From Vermamoeba vermiformis (lineage: Eukaryota), in assembly GCA_045837725.1 (NCBI GenBank), contig JBEWZL010000211.1:62001-113619 (forward strand): a stretch of 51,619 nt of DNA. The letters run 5' to 3'. The notes beneath the pieces were generated by a model. It was not told the DNA's origin and searched no databases. It saw nothing but the letters and a program-made list of their open reading frames with translations. Of this stretch, positions 1 through 12,253 are shown piece after piece; position 1 is the stretch's first letter; each line of letters begins with the position of its first letter. Made by a program: the position numbers and the translations under genes.

Positions 1-47
1 TTAAAAAGCCCGAATAAGCGCGATCTCGTTGGCCCGTGAAAAATTAG

Positions 48-78
48 TGACTGACACTTTGACACTTTTGACACTTTG
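48..78 (+). repeat. Short TGACAC(TTT) tandem motif in the kinase intron, also at about 2377-2427 and 6082-6141
   Basis: tgactgacactttgacacttttgacactttg; related runs occur in the equivalent intron of all three kinase copies. Confidence 0.7.
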
Positions 79-113
79 TTTCGTTATGTATCGTACTGAC
101 ATCCTTTGTGTAG

Positions 114-265
114 ATGTATGGTCGTTTGGTATTCTGATGTACGAAGTGATCGCACAACAAGAGCCTCATACCAACGAAGATCCGATCACGATTGGAAGGT
201 TGATCCGTGATGAAGGAAAAACACCAGAAATACCTTCAACATGTCCACCAGCACTTGCGACACTG
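114..265 (+). pseudogene. Truncated last exon of receptor kinase copy 1 (gene begins left of the window)
   Basis: Acceptor tgtag|AT at 111-114, then DVWSFGILMYEVIAQQEP...TCPPALATL. Nearly identical to 2474-2625 and 6180 onward, but similarity stops abruptly after ...gcgacactg (265), losing MQHCW...RP. Confidence 0.8.
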
Positions 266-2703
266 TCATTAATTACTTGTTGAATATCTTCACTGTTGGG
301 CAGTACTTTAGTTATTACAACAACAACGCCCTTCACGTGTACAATGGAACTTTTGTGGCCTCTATTCTATTCTCCTTCAATTCGAAGAATATTTTGGCCC
401 TTGGATCCGCGTTAAGCACCGCAGACTACGTGTTTGCAGATGACAATGTAGTTTATTGGTTCTCAGCACAAAACAGAAATGTCACGTGGTTATTTAACGC
501 GACTACCTCAGTTTTTCAGATCTTTGCACTTGACAGCAACCGAGCGGCTATTTTTGGCTCAGACGTGACAATGTACATTTATGACATATCACTACGAACA
601 CTTTCAACGTCCTCGCCGGAGTATCTTCCTCTATATCTAGTTGGCGATCAATTCTTGTCGTGGTCAATGTCATTTTTGGCGTCAACTCCGTCCAGCATTT
701 CAATGTTCACGAAGGATTTTTCCGCGAAACATTTAGTATCTCAATCGGGAGATTCACTGGTCGTCATGGCTCAATCGTCGAATCCAAAATATTACTCAGG
801 CATGGATATATACAACTATAGGACCAATCAGTGGACCTTCAATGCGACAGACATGTCAATATTACTCGGTTCATCGTTTGGAACAAATCCAATATTTTTG
901 CAATTTTTTGCTGCAGCGCTAATCAACGACGAAGTATACTTATGGAATCAAGCCAAATTTGCCATATTTAACTTGACCAGTACCCAATTTGTTTCGGTAG
1001 AAACCACATCCACGAACATTGACCCGTTATTCGGCGAAGGATCGATTTTTGCATTAGAACCAGTCATTGACAAGTCAATCTATCTCCACAGTGGCGGAAA
1101 TGATTTTTTCTATCAAATTGACAGTCAAACTTTGAACCAAACGACCACGGTCCCAATAGCTGCAAATGACGGAACTGGCCAATCACAATCACTCTTGCAA
1201 CAACGACTAACGTACAACAACAAGATTTACGCACTAAGATACAGTACATCAACGTTGCTGTACGATGCAATATTTTATTACGATCCAGCTGCTAGTCGTT
1301 GGACTCGACTTTGTTGCCATTTGCAGTTACGCATGCAGCAATGACAATCGCTGAAGATCTGATTGTAGTGTTCACATCCAACTCGTCGCTGTATTATTAT
1401 TACATACCCACCGGCGACTGGAACAAAATCGACTTCCTGTACAATTTTATTCCTTCTGTGGCGAGCGTCAGTGCCTCGAAGATCGTCATCGGCGGAGGTC
1501 TGGATCCGCTCACGAACACTTTCAACGATCAAGTCGTAGTGCTGAACATCACTCAATTGAGCTCTATGATGCAGACGAATACTCCATCGGTCAATCAAAC
1601 TACACCCTCCGCTGGTGGACTGGCCAGCGATAGTCCTATCATTGCAGCTATTGTCGTGCCAATCGTCGTAGTTGTAGCTGCTGGCGTGGCTGTGCTAGTA
1701 GTACTCATTCGCAAGCGTGACAAGAAGAAGAAGAACGACGTCACTACAGTTGGATTAGAAGCAAAGTACGGACAGTGGTTCACTCCATTCAGCGACATTC
1801 AGTTCGGTGATCAGCTCGGTCAAGGTGCAAATGGTCAAGTGTTCAAAGGTCGTTGGAACAACACTGAAGTTGCATTGAAAGTGAGTATGACACAAGCAAA
1901 CACGAGTGTAATTTCAGAACTGTCACTGATGATCAACATGCGACCACATCCAAACATTGTTCAACTTCTTGGTTTCAGTGTTCATCCCGAGACCGATTCA
2001 ATAATTCTTATTATCGAATATTGCAACGAACAGTCTCTCAGTTCCGTTTTGTTCGATGACGAGAAAGAGATCGAACAGGAAAAGAAGATCTCGTGGATCA
2101 AGGGTGTTGCTCGTGGCATCAGTCACTTGCACTCGAACAATATCGTACACAGAGATATTGCCGCGAGAAACATTCTATTGCACAATGGAGAGGCGAAAGT
2201 GACAGACTTTGGCATGAGTCGATTGGTCGATGAAAATCAACAACGAGGAACAACCAAATCCGAACTTGGACCAATCAGATGGATGGCTCCTGAAGCGCTA
2301 AGAAGCAAAGAATACTCTACAAAGTCTGGTAAGTTAACTTAATATCGTCACATACTCGCTGTGAAAAAATAGAACGTGACACTTTGACACTTTGACACGT
2401 TATTGAAAAATGACACTTTTTGACACTTGCGCACTCATTGTTGTTCGATCGCGTTCTAAGATCTTTCACGCAGATGTATGGTCGTTTGGTATTCTGATGT
2501 ACGAGGTGATCGCACAACAAGAGCCTCATCTCAATGAAGATCCGATCGCGATTGGAAGGTTGATCCGAGATGAAGGCAAAACACCAGAAATACCTTCAAC
2601 ATGTCCACCAGCACTTGCGACACTGATGCAACACTGTTGGAAGATGAATCCTGAAGATCGACCTTCGTTCGACAAGATCTTGCAACTTATGGATGTGATC
2701 TAA
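266..2703 (+). pseudogene. Receptor tyrosine-kinase-like gene copy 2, 5'-truncated, with a frameshift near 1300
   Basis: ORFs 241-1344 and 1299-2342 align with the copy-3 protein from about residue 285. TM segment IIAAIVVPIVVVVAAGVAVLVVLI, then kinase motifs GQGANG/VALK/HRDIAARN/DFG/PIRWMAPE. Intron 2329-2473; last exon 2474-2703. No signal peptide or N-terminal kelch repeats. Confidence 0.8.
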
Positions 2704-3125
2704 AGTTTCGAACATCACAATTCACATAATTGTTCCACGACGTCGAATAAACCAAAATTACCCGAATATTATTTTATCAATATTTATTTTTTCGATGCCA
2801 AACTAGGCACACAAGGCGCATTAAAACTGTTTCCTGCAACTCTTCTGCCGGATCCCACGCCACCAAGTGTCAGTCCTATTAGTTATTTATTTTTAGCTAG
2901 TGCCAAACGCCACAAAGTTTACTTCTTACACCAAAGTTGGCAAGGTAAGCGTCACTGTACTGTAGTTATCCGATCCCAGAATAGTGAGAAAAAGATGATA
3001 ATATTATTAATTTTAAATGATACGCAAGGTTAAGTAAACCAAGCGATGGTACTAATATCGCGTTATTTATAGCAGCTTTCAGCGAAAATTGAGATCGATT
3101 CCAGATCCAAATTACCAACGACAAA

Positions 3126-6100
3126 ATGACAAGCTTCAACGCTCAATTAATCTTGATTGCAGTATTTATCACATGCTCGCTTGGTCAGCTTATAATTCAG
3201 AACTCAACGCTCACTGCACCACGAAAAAGTATCGCATCTGTCGTTTTGGATGACTCCGTTTATTTTATCGGAGGCTTTGACACTGAATACATCGCAACAT
3301 CAATGATAGAAGTGTATAATATATCCAATGGCAATTGGAGCACAACGACGATGTCATCTCCTCGCGGATTTATAACTCCGATCGTGCTCGACCCAAATCT
3401 TTACCTCATCGGTGGCTATGACATGATCAGTCTACCCTACATCTACTCGACTACTGCAAGCGATTTCATCCTGCTAACGAACTCGTCTGGACCAACCGTC
3501 CGCAATGTCGATCAGATCGCAATTTTTAATTCAACGCTGGTGATCGTTGGAGACGGCTCTATAGACTTTTTGGATATTAATACGAAGCTATGGTCACATA
3601 ATGAAAGCTTGGTGCAATTAATGAATCAATATCCCGATACAACTGTCATTGTGGCCGAAAACGTCATCATTTTTTTGGCGCCAAATCAGACTACTTCAGC
3701 ATGGACCTATAACGTTCTTACGACTCAACTAACTCAATATAACAACGTACTCAACGGTACAGTTGGAGCAAACGTTAGATCCGACCATTCAAACGGCGTT
3801 GCGTTCGTCACATTTAGCGATAGATCCGTGGCCTACAATGTAGCACAAAACACGTGGTTCACTTTCTACGACATGCAAATTGACGCTGTGGCCCATGCTG
3901 GCAACTACTCTTTTGTTCACGGCCCAGGCTTTGGACTTCAATTTTACGGCTGGAAAGACGGAACGTGGGGCTACAACATGGGAGCGAGCACAATTACGCT
4001 CTATTTCACTGTAGGCCATTACTTTTGCTTTGCTAAAGGCGATTACCTTTTTGTGAAAACCGCCAACATGCAGTCATTCTTGGCGTCATTTACAACGAAA
4101 TCCCCGTTGACCAGACAACCAGTTGGAGCAGCACTAAGTGACCTAGAATATATTTTTGCAGATCAAAGACCTACGGACAATCTTATAGTAGTCTATCTAC
4201 TCTCGATTCCAAATCAGAGCCTCACAGAGATATACAGCTCAAGTTCAGATGTTAGCAAGATCTTCGCACTGGATAGCAACAGAGTCGCAATTTTTATTGG
4301 CCAATCAATGCTCATTTACGACAATTCACTACAAACGATTTCTAACAGCTCAATCGACTTCATTCCAACGTACTTAATCAGCGATCAATTCGTGTCATTG
4401 ACGAGTTCATTCTCGATTGCAGATCCGTCAAGCGTTGCAACTTTCATGAACGGTTTTTCGGCTGATCAAATGGTTGCATATCAATCGGGAGATTCACTAG
4501 TCGTCATGTCAAAGTCAGCGAAACCGCGTTATTATACTTCCGTGGATATGTACAACTATAGAACTCATCAATGGACCTTCAATGTTACAGACGTTCCTAG
4601 TTTGTTTGGCCGGTCGGTTGGAAGCGCAGATCCAGCCTATTTCCAATTTTTTGCCGCAGCAGTAGTCGAAGACATAGTACTCTTATGGAATCAAAATCCA
4701 TTAGCAACGTACAATTTGACAAGTCACCAGCTAATAACGTCACTTTCAGCATCGACGCTGCATCCAGCTTTCGGCGACGGATCAATTTTCACTTTGGAAC
4801 CGGTTATTGATCGATCAATTTATTTCTATAATACTGGTGACGACTATTTTAATACAGTTGATAGTCAGACACTAGCGCAATCAACAACGATAACAATTTT
4901 TGCGGACGGAGGAGAGACGCAATCCATTTTACAGCAACGAGTCAAATACAACAACAAGATCTACGCACTAAGATACAACAATGCAACGTCACTATTCGAT
5001 GCTATATATTTTTTTGATCCATCTATCAATCGTTGGGACTCAACTATTTTGCCATTTGCTGTTCCTCACGCAGCAATGACGCTCGCTGAAGATCTGATAC
5101 TGGTTTTCACCTCCAACTCATCACTGTTTTATCTTTATATGCCCACCGGCTATTGGAATCAGATCGACTTCCCATATAATTTTATGCCATCTGTGGCGAG
5201 TGTCATCGACTCGAAGGTCATCGTCGGCGGAGGTCTGGATCCGGTCACAAACAAATTCAACGATCAAGTCCTCGTGCTCAATATCTCTTACATAACTGTG
5301 CTAGCCCAATATTTTTCTCCCTATGCCAATTCTACAGCACCAACGAGTGACGGGCTTCTGACCACGGACAGTCCCTTGATCGCAGCTATTGTTGTGCCAA
5401 TTGTTGTCGTCGTAGCGGCTGGCGTGGCCTTATTGATAGTTCTGATACGCAAGCGTGACAAGAAGAACAAGAGCAGCGTATCGATGGTTGGATTGGAAGC
5501 AAAGTACGGACAGTGGTTCACGCCATTCAGCGACATTCAGTTTGGTGATCAGCTCGGTCAAGGAGCGAATGGTCAAGTGTTCAAAGGTCGTTGGAACAAC
5601 ACTGAAGTTGCATTGAAAGTGAGTATGACACAAGCAAACACGAGTGTCATTTCAGAACTGTCACTGATGATCAACATGCGACCACATCCAAACATTGTTC
5701 AACTTCTTGGTTTCAGCGTTCATCCCGAGACCAATTCAATCATTCTCATCTTAGAGTTTTGTAACGGAGGATCATTAGACAATACGTTATTCAGGGAAAA
5801 GAGCCAAGCCGCGTTGACACTTGAACGAAAGATCTCATGGATCAAAGGCGTTGCCCGTGGCATTAGTCATTTGCACTCGAATAATGTGGTTCATAGAGAT
5901 ATAGCAGCACGCAATATCTTGCTTCATAACGACGAAGCGAAAGTGACGGACTTTGGCATGAGTCGATTGGTTGATGAACAGCAACAACGAGGAACAACCA
6001 AATCCGAACTTGGACCAATCAGATGGATGGCGCCCGAAGCACTGAAAGATAGGCAGTACTCGTCTAAATCAGGTAAGTCTTTGACACGTGTCACTTCTCT

Positions 6101-6409
6101 TTTTTACGAACGCAAAATTTTTATAATGACACTTTTTGACATGGACTCTATTGCAATCAAGTTCTAATATAGAAAATAGATGCATGGTCGTTTGGTATTC
6201 TGATGTACGAAGTGATCGCACAACAAGAGCCTCACATCAATGAAGATCCGATCACGATTGGAAGGTTGATCCGAGATGAAGGTAAAACACCAGAAATACC
6301 TTCAACATGTCCACCAGCACTTGCGACACTGATGCAACACTGTTGGAAGATGAATCCTGAAGATCGGCCTTCATACGAAAGCTTGTTGGAAGAACTAGAA
6401 CGGTTGTAA
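3126..6409 (+). CDS. Single-pass receptor kinase: signal peptide, kelch/beta-propeller ectodomain, TM, tyrosine-kinase-type catalytic domain (exons 3126-6072, 6180-6409)
   Basis: Hydrophobic N-terminus; kelch-like VYFIGG..VYN..W and LYLIGGYD; TM followed by RKRDKK; kinase motifs LGQGANGQV, VALK, HRDIAARN, DFG, GPIRWMAPE, DAWSFG; GT-AG intron 6073-6179. Confidence 0.92.
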
Positions 6410-6646
6410 CCTATAGTTTGAAGACCACTCTAATAAATTGCGCTTCGCTGTTATCACATATATCAAAATTAATACACCATGCGAGCGAGTAGTGAACATT
6501 TTTGTCGCCTTTGGGAAATTTCACACGAGCAGAACAAACACAGAATCGTAAATCTTTAAACGTTTTTATTAACGCTGCTTATCTATCTAAGCAACACTTC
6601 GAGATAAAAGCATCATAACTACAATTGATCTACTGCGTAAATAAGA

Positions 6647-8882
6647 ATGGAAGAGATTTCTGCGCTGGTTATCGATCTTGGGTCAAGTAAGTTGCTCAAC
6701 GATTAACTAATACGGCACCCTGCAATTAAATTGATATAAATTAATACAATGTGAATTATTGTTGTAAACGGAGAGAAATGTCTTTCAATCCGTTAACGAA
6801 AAATTTAGAATTCTAAAATTAAATTCTAATATTTGTAAAATTATAGTCATGCTTATTAAGCAATTATATATCATGCCAAACGTGCAATACTGATAATTTT
6901 AATTTTAAAGGCATGGTAAAAGCCGGATTTGCTGGCGACGATGCTCCTCGTGCTGTATTCCCAACTGTAATGGGCGCCCCTCGAAATCCGTCAGTAATGG
7001 TAGGCATGGGTCAGCCTAATAATTGTAAGTGTTTAAATCCGATGGACTTAAAGTTTTGGATCACATCTGATTTTGTTTGGCATTCAGATGTTGGCGATAT
7101 AGCTCAATCTTTGAGAGGCATGCTTTCGCTAAAGTACCCTATTGAACATGGTAAGAAAAAATATTAAAGGCTCTCAAACAATTAATTTTCGGATGTAGTT
7201 ACTTTCGGAACTATTTAAGGCTTTAATATCGATTTTAAGCGACATAATTAATATCACATATTATTTTCACTTATAAAATGTCGAAATCTATCGTTTATTC
7301 GGCTTAGCCTAAAAGATCTAATCCTGTTTTAGGCATTATAACGGAATGGGATTGCATCGAACGAATTCTTCACCATACATTTTACAATGAATTACGCGTA
7401 GCACCGGAGGAACATCCGATACTGATGAGCGAACACCCACTCAGTCCTAAACGGAATCGCGAGAAACTTTGTCAAGTCATATTTGAAACTTTTAGTGCGC
7501 CTGCTTACTATTCTTCTATGGCTCCTATTCTCGCTGTATATGCTTCAGGCAGAAATACAGCCATGTGCGTGGATATTGGTACGTCTATTCTAAAATTAAT
7601 AGTTTTTACTATCGTACTGGACCACAGATCTAGTGCTACAAAATCGATTGGCGGTTAATATAGATATTACATGTATAAAAATATTATTTTTATTATGAAA
7701 AATTAATTACCACAGAATAGGTTGAATTTCTTTTGATGTTTTTATTGTTTTTTTTGTCGGTGGATCCACACTTGATCCGACGACTTCCCTTACTTTACCT
7801 TAATACTCTTAATATTGCCATTATTATTTCCTATTGTAGCCGGTATCCTTTAGTGTTATCAGTACTTATTTTGGTATTAGGTGACGGAGTGATGACAGTA
7901 ATGCCCGTCGCAAATGGGTACACGATCAAACCCACAATTAGACGCGTAGATCTCTCAGGACGAAATTTAACCGACCATATGACAAGAATGCTCGCTGAAA
8001 GGGGGTAAGATGAATGATAAAATAATCTATAACGACAATAAGATAAATTTCGGTCGATCCCGAAAAAATATTCCGGATCAGATCTAATACTTTTTGCTGC
8101 TTTTTTTTGCGTTGAAGCTTGAAACGATCATCAGAATAGTTATTAATGAATATATTATGCAGGTACTATCTGAATCGATCCTCAGATTTTGAAGCAGTGC
8201 GAGATATGAAAGAAAAGTTGTGTTACGTGGCACTCGATTATGAGGCTGAGCTGTACAAGTCAACGCAATCGTGTGAACTTGAGAAGAAATATGAATTGGC
8301 TGACGGTCAGGTCGTTACACTAGGTGAGATATGAATTATGATTTTGATTCGATCTGTTTTCATTGGCAGCAGTGCTTACGATGACGAAAATATTTCCTTT
8401 TCCTCTGATCAAACAATTTTAATTAATTCTGCGAATTTCTAAATAATAATAATTAAGCTGCAATAAGCGCTGGATTAACCTTTTTTTTTGTCATAGGGTA
8501 CGAAAGATTTGCATGCCCCGAAGCACTATTTAGACCCTGGATGATTGGTCGAGAAGGCACTGGCGTTCATGAACTAGTATTTGATGCAATCACATCCGCT
8601 TCACGCGACGACCAGAAGAATTTATTAGGAAATATATTGTTATCCGGTGGATCTACAATGTTCGACGGCTTTGCTGATCGCATGCACAAAGAAATGGTTG
8701 CTTTGGCTCCAGCGTCCGCTGCAATCAGAATTGTAGCGCCACCTGAACGAAAGTATTCGACTTGGATCGGCGGTTCTATCTTAGCGTCTTTGTCTACCTT
8801 CCAACAAATGTGGATATCAAAGGAAGAATATGACGAATCTGGTCCTCAAATCGTCAATAGAAAATGTTACGACGGCTATTAA
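6647..8882 (+). CDS. act: Divergent actin / actin-like protein, about 7 exons
   Basis: [98 protein letters not shown] introns between these blocks. Confidence 0.95.
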
Positions 8883-9132
8883 TTTTATCAATTTTATTTT
8901 TTGCGCTCGCGCAGTTTTTGTACAATAAAACAGATGGTTTGGCTTTTGTGGTTACATATAGCGATTATGTCCTATCTATCCATAAGATAACTATAAATGG
9001 AAACAATTAAAAGCTGGTCGCGAAATTTCTTCGGCATTAGCTGAATGACCGAAAAAAATCTTTGATTCAATCAACCATTTAAAGTACTTGAGCAAGGCAA
9101 CAATATTATTAAATAGTACGAAGTTTATTTAA

Positions 9133-10980
9133 ATGTTACCTAGTTTAACTCCAGCGCAGATCAAGGAAAAAGTAATTCAAGATGTGAATACTGTTGGTCA
9201 AAAACCCTTCGCAAAGTAAAATATAATATGAATAATATAGACCGATATTATATAGGCTAATTTTCCTATTAGACTGCCTATAGCGAAGGATCTGCCTCGA
9301 TTAGGAACATCATTTACAATTAAAACGGCTCAAAAAATTATTGGTAATATTTATATGCGCGTAAACAATCATAATCTTATTAATGATGCGTTTTAGACAC
9401 CTCGAAAATTGCACAGACGGCAGATAAAGTTAGAACAATTTTAACTACCTTAATTGAAACTCTGGATTCTCCAAACGACTTGGAAAAATTGAAGAAATAC
9501 TTGCCGTCCTTAGATGGTCAAAATATTCAAGGTTCCTTGATTGAACTTTTCAAAGTAAGCATTAACCTAATTTTCGTTCGTCGGATGTCGCTTTCCGGAG
9601 TACCTTTCGCTAGATCGTCATAATTATACTTATTAAAAAAATAATTATAATATAATTAGGGCCTTGATGACGTTGAAGGGCCTCGCGTAAATTTGAACAC
9701 GTTGCGCGTGCTCAAGTACTGCAACCAAAGTATCGTTGCGCCAGCGATTGTTGAATTAAAATTATTACTAAGAGACTTTGGATATATTGATGGTGGTTGG
9801 ACTGTCGCAGTTGATATTCAAACTGATTGGATCGTGGTCACTCATACTCGATCGGAGTTGTTCACCGCAGGTGTAAGTCTATACACTTTATTTCATAGTA
9901 ACTTATTATTATACGAATTACACTATAATTATACCATGTATTTGCGTGCATAATGAAATTTGGCTCCAGATTCAGGATCGAGAGTTTTTACATATTATTT
10001 TGTAGGGCAATATGACTTGGAGTATAAAATTTTTTCTCCAAAAGCACGAAGAATTGAGATTGGCAAAAGTTGATTTGGCAGTATTAGACCTCAGCATTCA
10101 TAACGAAGACGATCAAAGCAAAATCATGAAAAAAATTGACACTTTGTATTGTCCGGCGATATTATCCGCGTGTCAAAGTGTCTTCGCTAAGACATGGACG
10201 AAGTTGCCTATATCAAAGGTATGCAAACGATCAAACTGAAGCTCGATCTAACTGTTCAATTTCAGGATCTGGGTCGATTTGCAAGTGTTTTGGAGATTGA
10301 AAACACGAATGACAATTCTAAATTAAGTACTGGCGATTCAGAGATGGCACAAACAAAGAAAGTATTACTATATTTGGCAAAATATTTCGAACCTGAACTA
10401 GTGTCAAAAATCGACTCTACATATGATGACCAAGTCTTAAAACACGTCAATTCGGATAAGAACATATTATTAAGGAGCTATTTGACCGATACTTTGCAAC
10501 TGAAAGATAACGTAAGTGTCAAAAATAATCGCTTCGAGAGCACCAGATCTGACCTATGTTTAGGAGCCTCTTACTTGCGCTTTGAAGCTATTAACTCATG
10601 TTATAATATCTCCCGTGGCCATAAGACTAGCGGTCGACTTAGCGAAAGATTATCAGATTAAGGACGGCAAGGCTTGGACGATCAAGATGGTCATTGAAAA
10701 GGATCGTAAGTACCTGAAATTTCCTTCAAAAAATCTTCCTAATTAATATTAATATGATTATTTAGGCGTTATTGTTACTCACTATAAGAGCGAGGTTACT
10801 ATTGCGCAAGTTCCTACAAAGGCGTTTGATTTCGATTGGAAGTGCAGTTTCATCATGAACAGAGAATGCACGCAATTGCTCGATGTTAATGTACACATAG
10901 AAAAGGTCTCGTTTCATCAAGGATGTCCTCAGAGCACTCGACTTGATATTCTGCAAACGTTAGATCTTGCGCTCATGTAA
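9133..10980 (+). CDS. Multi-exon hypothetical protein with two copies of one domain (possibly GlfB C-terminal-like, as in amoebozoan proteins)
   Basis: Spliced ORF from MLPSLTPAQIKEK to ...LDLALM*. Internal repeats: LRVLKYCNQSIVAPA..GWTVAVDI..IVVTHTRSE..WSIKF and ALKLLTHVIISPV..AWTIKMVI..VIVTHYKSE..WKCSF. Family name is from memory only. Confidence 0.65.
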
Positions 10981-11029
10981 TACTAGATGTCATTAAATTT
11001 CGTCTTCGGATTGAGAAGTAGCTTCCTAT

Positions 11030-11497
11030 TTATTTCTTTAAATCGACTGCCATTAGCGCAGTAATTAGTAAGAAAATCATACGTGGATTAAGCTCTACGA
11101 TATCTTCAGGGCTGATAAAAATACTCGCGCCGATCTTCCGACCTAACGAGATTGTATATTTAGCGTTCGCCAATAGTTCTTTTGCGCTTGTATCTTCTGG
11201 TTTAAGACTATCATAATTTACACTGTAAAATCAAATTAGGAACTGCCATCTGAATTCTCGATCGTCACATCTCCACAATGGCTCGTGCAAACACGAAATT
11301 TTCCAAATATGTATTTCAAATGAATATTTTGCTAATTATTTAAAATATTTTTACCTTTCTGGCCTAATGGCATCAATCAAATCCAACAGTGGGAAGCTGT
11401 TTTTCAACGCAGGATCGTCAAAACTGTTTATCTTCGTTGATTTCTTTGCTGACTTGAGTTTGTTATTTGCCCACTTTAATATGTCCTCTTCATTCAT
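11030..11497 (-). CDS. Small stand-alone calponin-homology domain protein resembling fimbrin/plastin CH4 (exons 11497-11355, 11222-11030)
   Basis: MNEEDILKWANNKL..INSFDDPALKNSFPLLDLIDAIRPE|SVNY..NAKYTISLGRKIGASIFISPEDIVELNPRMIFLLITALMAVD; one GT-AG intron. Confidence 0.85.
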
Positions 11498-11938
11498 CGT
11501 GTTTAATAAAATTAAGATCTTATTGTCCGAGTCCAAACTTCAACGAAACCATTCACGAGCACAACACAGCTTATGTTTGTAGCTCACGGGCCCTATGTCA
11601 TAGATTTCAGCTTACTGCGCAGGTTTACGTCGGCTATAGCCTAGAGCACAATAGCTTCGTGATCAGTCGGTTCACTTTGGCCATCCTTTTTGCAGTATTC
11701 GTAAGCCAATAATTTAGAAATAATGCCAGTAATGTCAATAGTCACTGTTAACGACTACCACCAACCTATTACAATTTTAGGTGATTTTTGAAGATATCTT
11801 CTGATAATTTTACAACGGCTACTTATTTTTTGATCAAACTGCCGCTCGTTCTTTAATTCCATTTTATTTTTACGGGATGAAGCCATATTTTTTTTACATA
11901 TGTAATCCTATTTTTCGAGTCTCATAGCACTAACACGA

Positions 11939-12218
11939 TGTCAAACCAAAGCGTGGATGGATGCAACATCGGCAGATTACTGAGCCACCATTGCTTCACG
12001 GGCTATAGTTCGCTAGTAGTATCATTAACATGCTTGGTGAGAGTCTTGTCGAGTGCCTAACGTCTAACAGGATAAACGCTCAGATCCAGGCATGCGGAGA
12101 CTCCCTTTCTCCATGGACCTTAGCAACAAAAGACGTAGCCACAGGATAAGCGCACACTGCCTTACTCGAATGCACGTAAGTAGAGCCTTATTAGAAGCAT
12201 TGGCTTGTCTTTTTGACG
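11939..12218 (+). ncRNA. Candidate structured non-coding RNA of unknown family
   Basis: GC-richer non-coding island with at least eight nested complementary blocks and a T5 run near its 3' end; lies just upstream of the tRNA. Confidence 0.3.
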
Positions 12219-12253
12219 ACCTCGTATGATCCGAGTCCGTTGTTTCAACTCAA

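Noticed and set aside
48-78. TGACACTTT repeats as a CRISPR array or telomere
   Set aside because: Units are 7-9 bp, have no spacers and lie inside spliceosomal introns.
11939-12218. SRP RNA, RNase P/MRP, snRNA or solo-LTR identity
   Set aside because: GGGCTATAGTTCGCTA resembles an SRP helix-5 segment, but the helix-8 CAGG-GNRA-AGCA motif is absent. There are no convincing CR-I/CR-V, C/D or Sm motifs and no target-site duplication.
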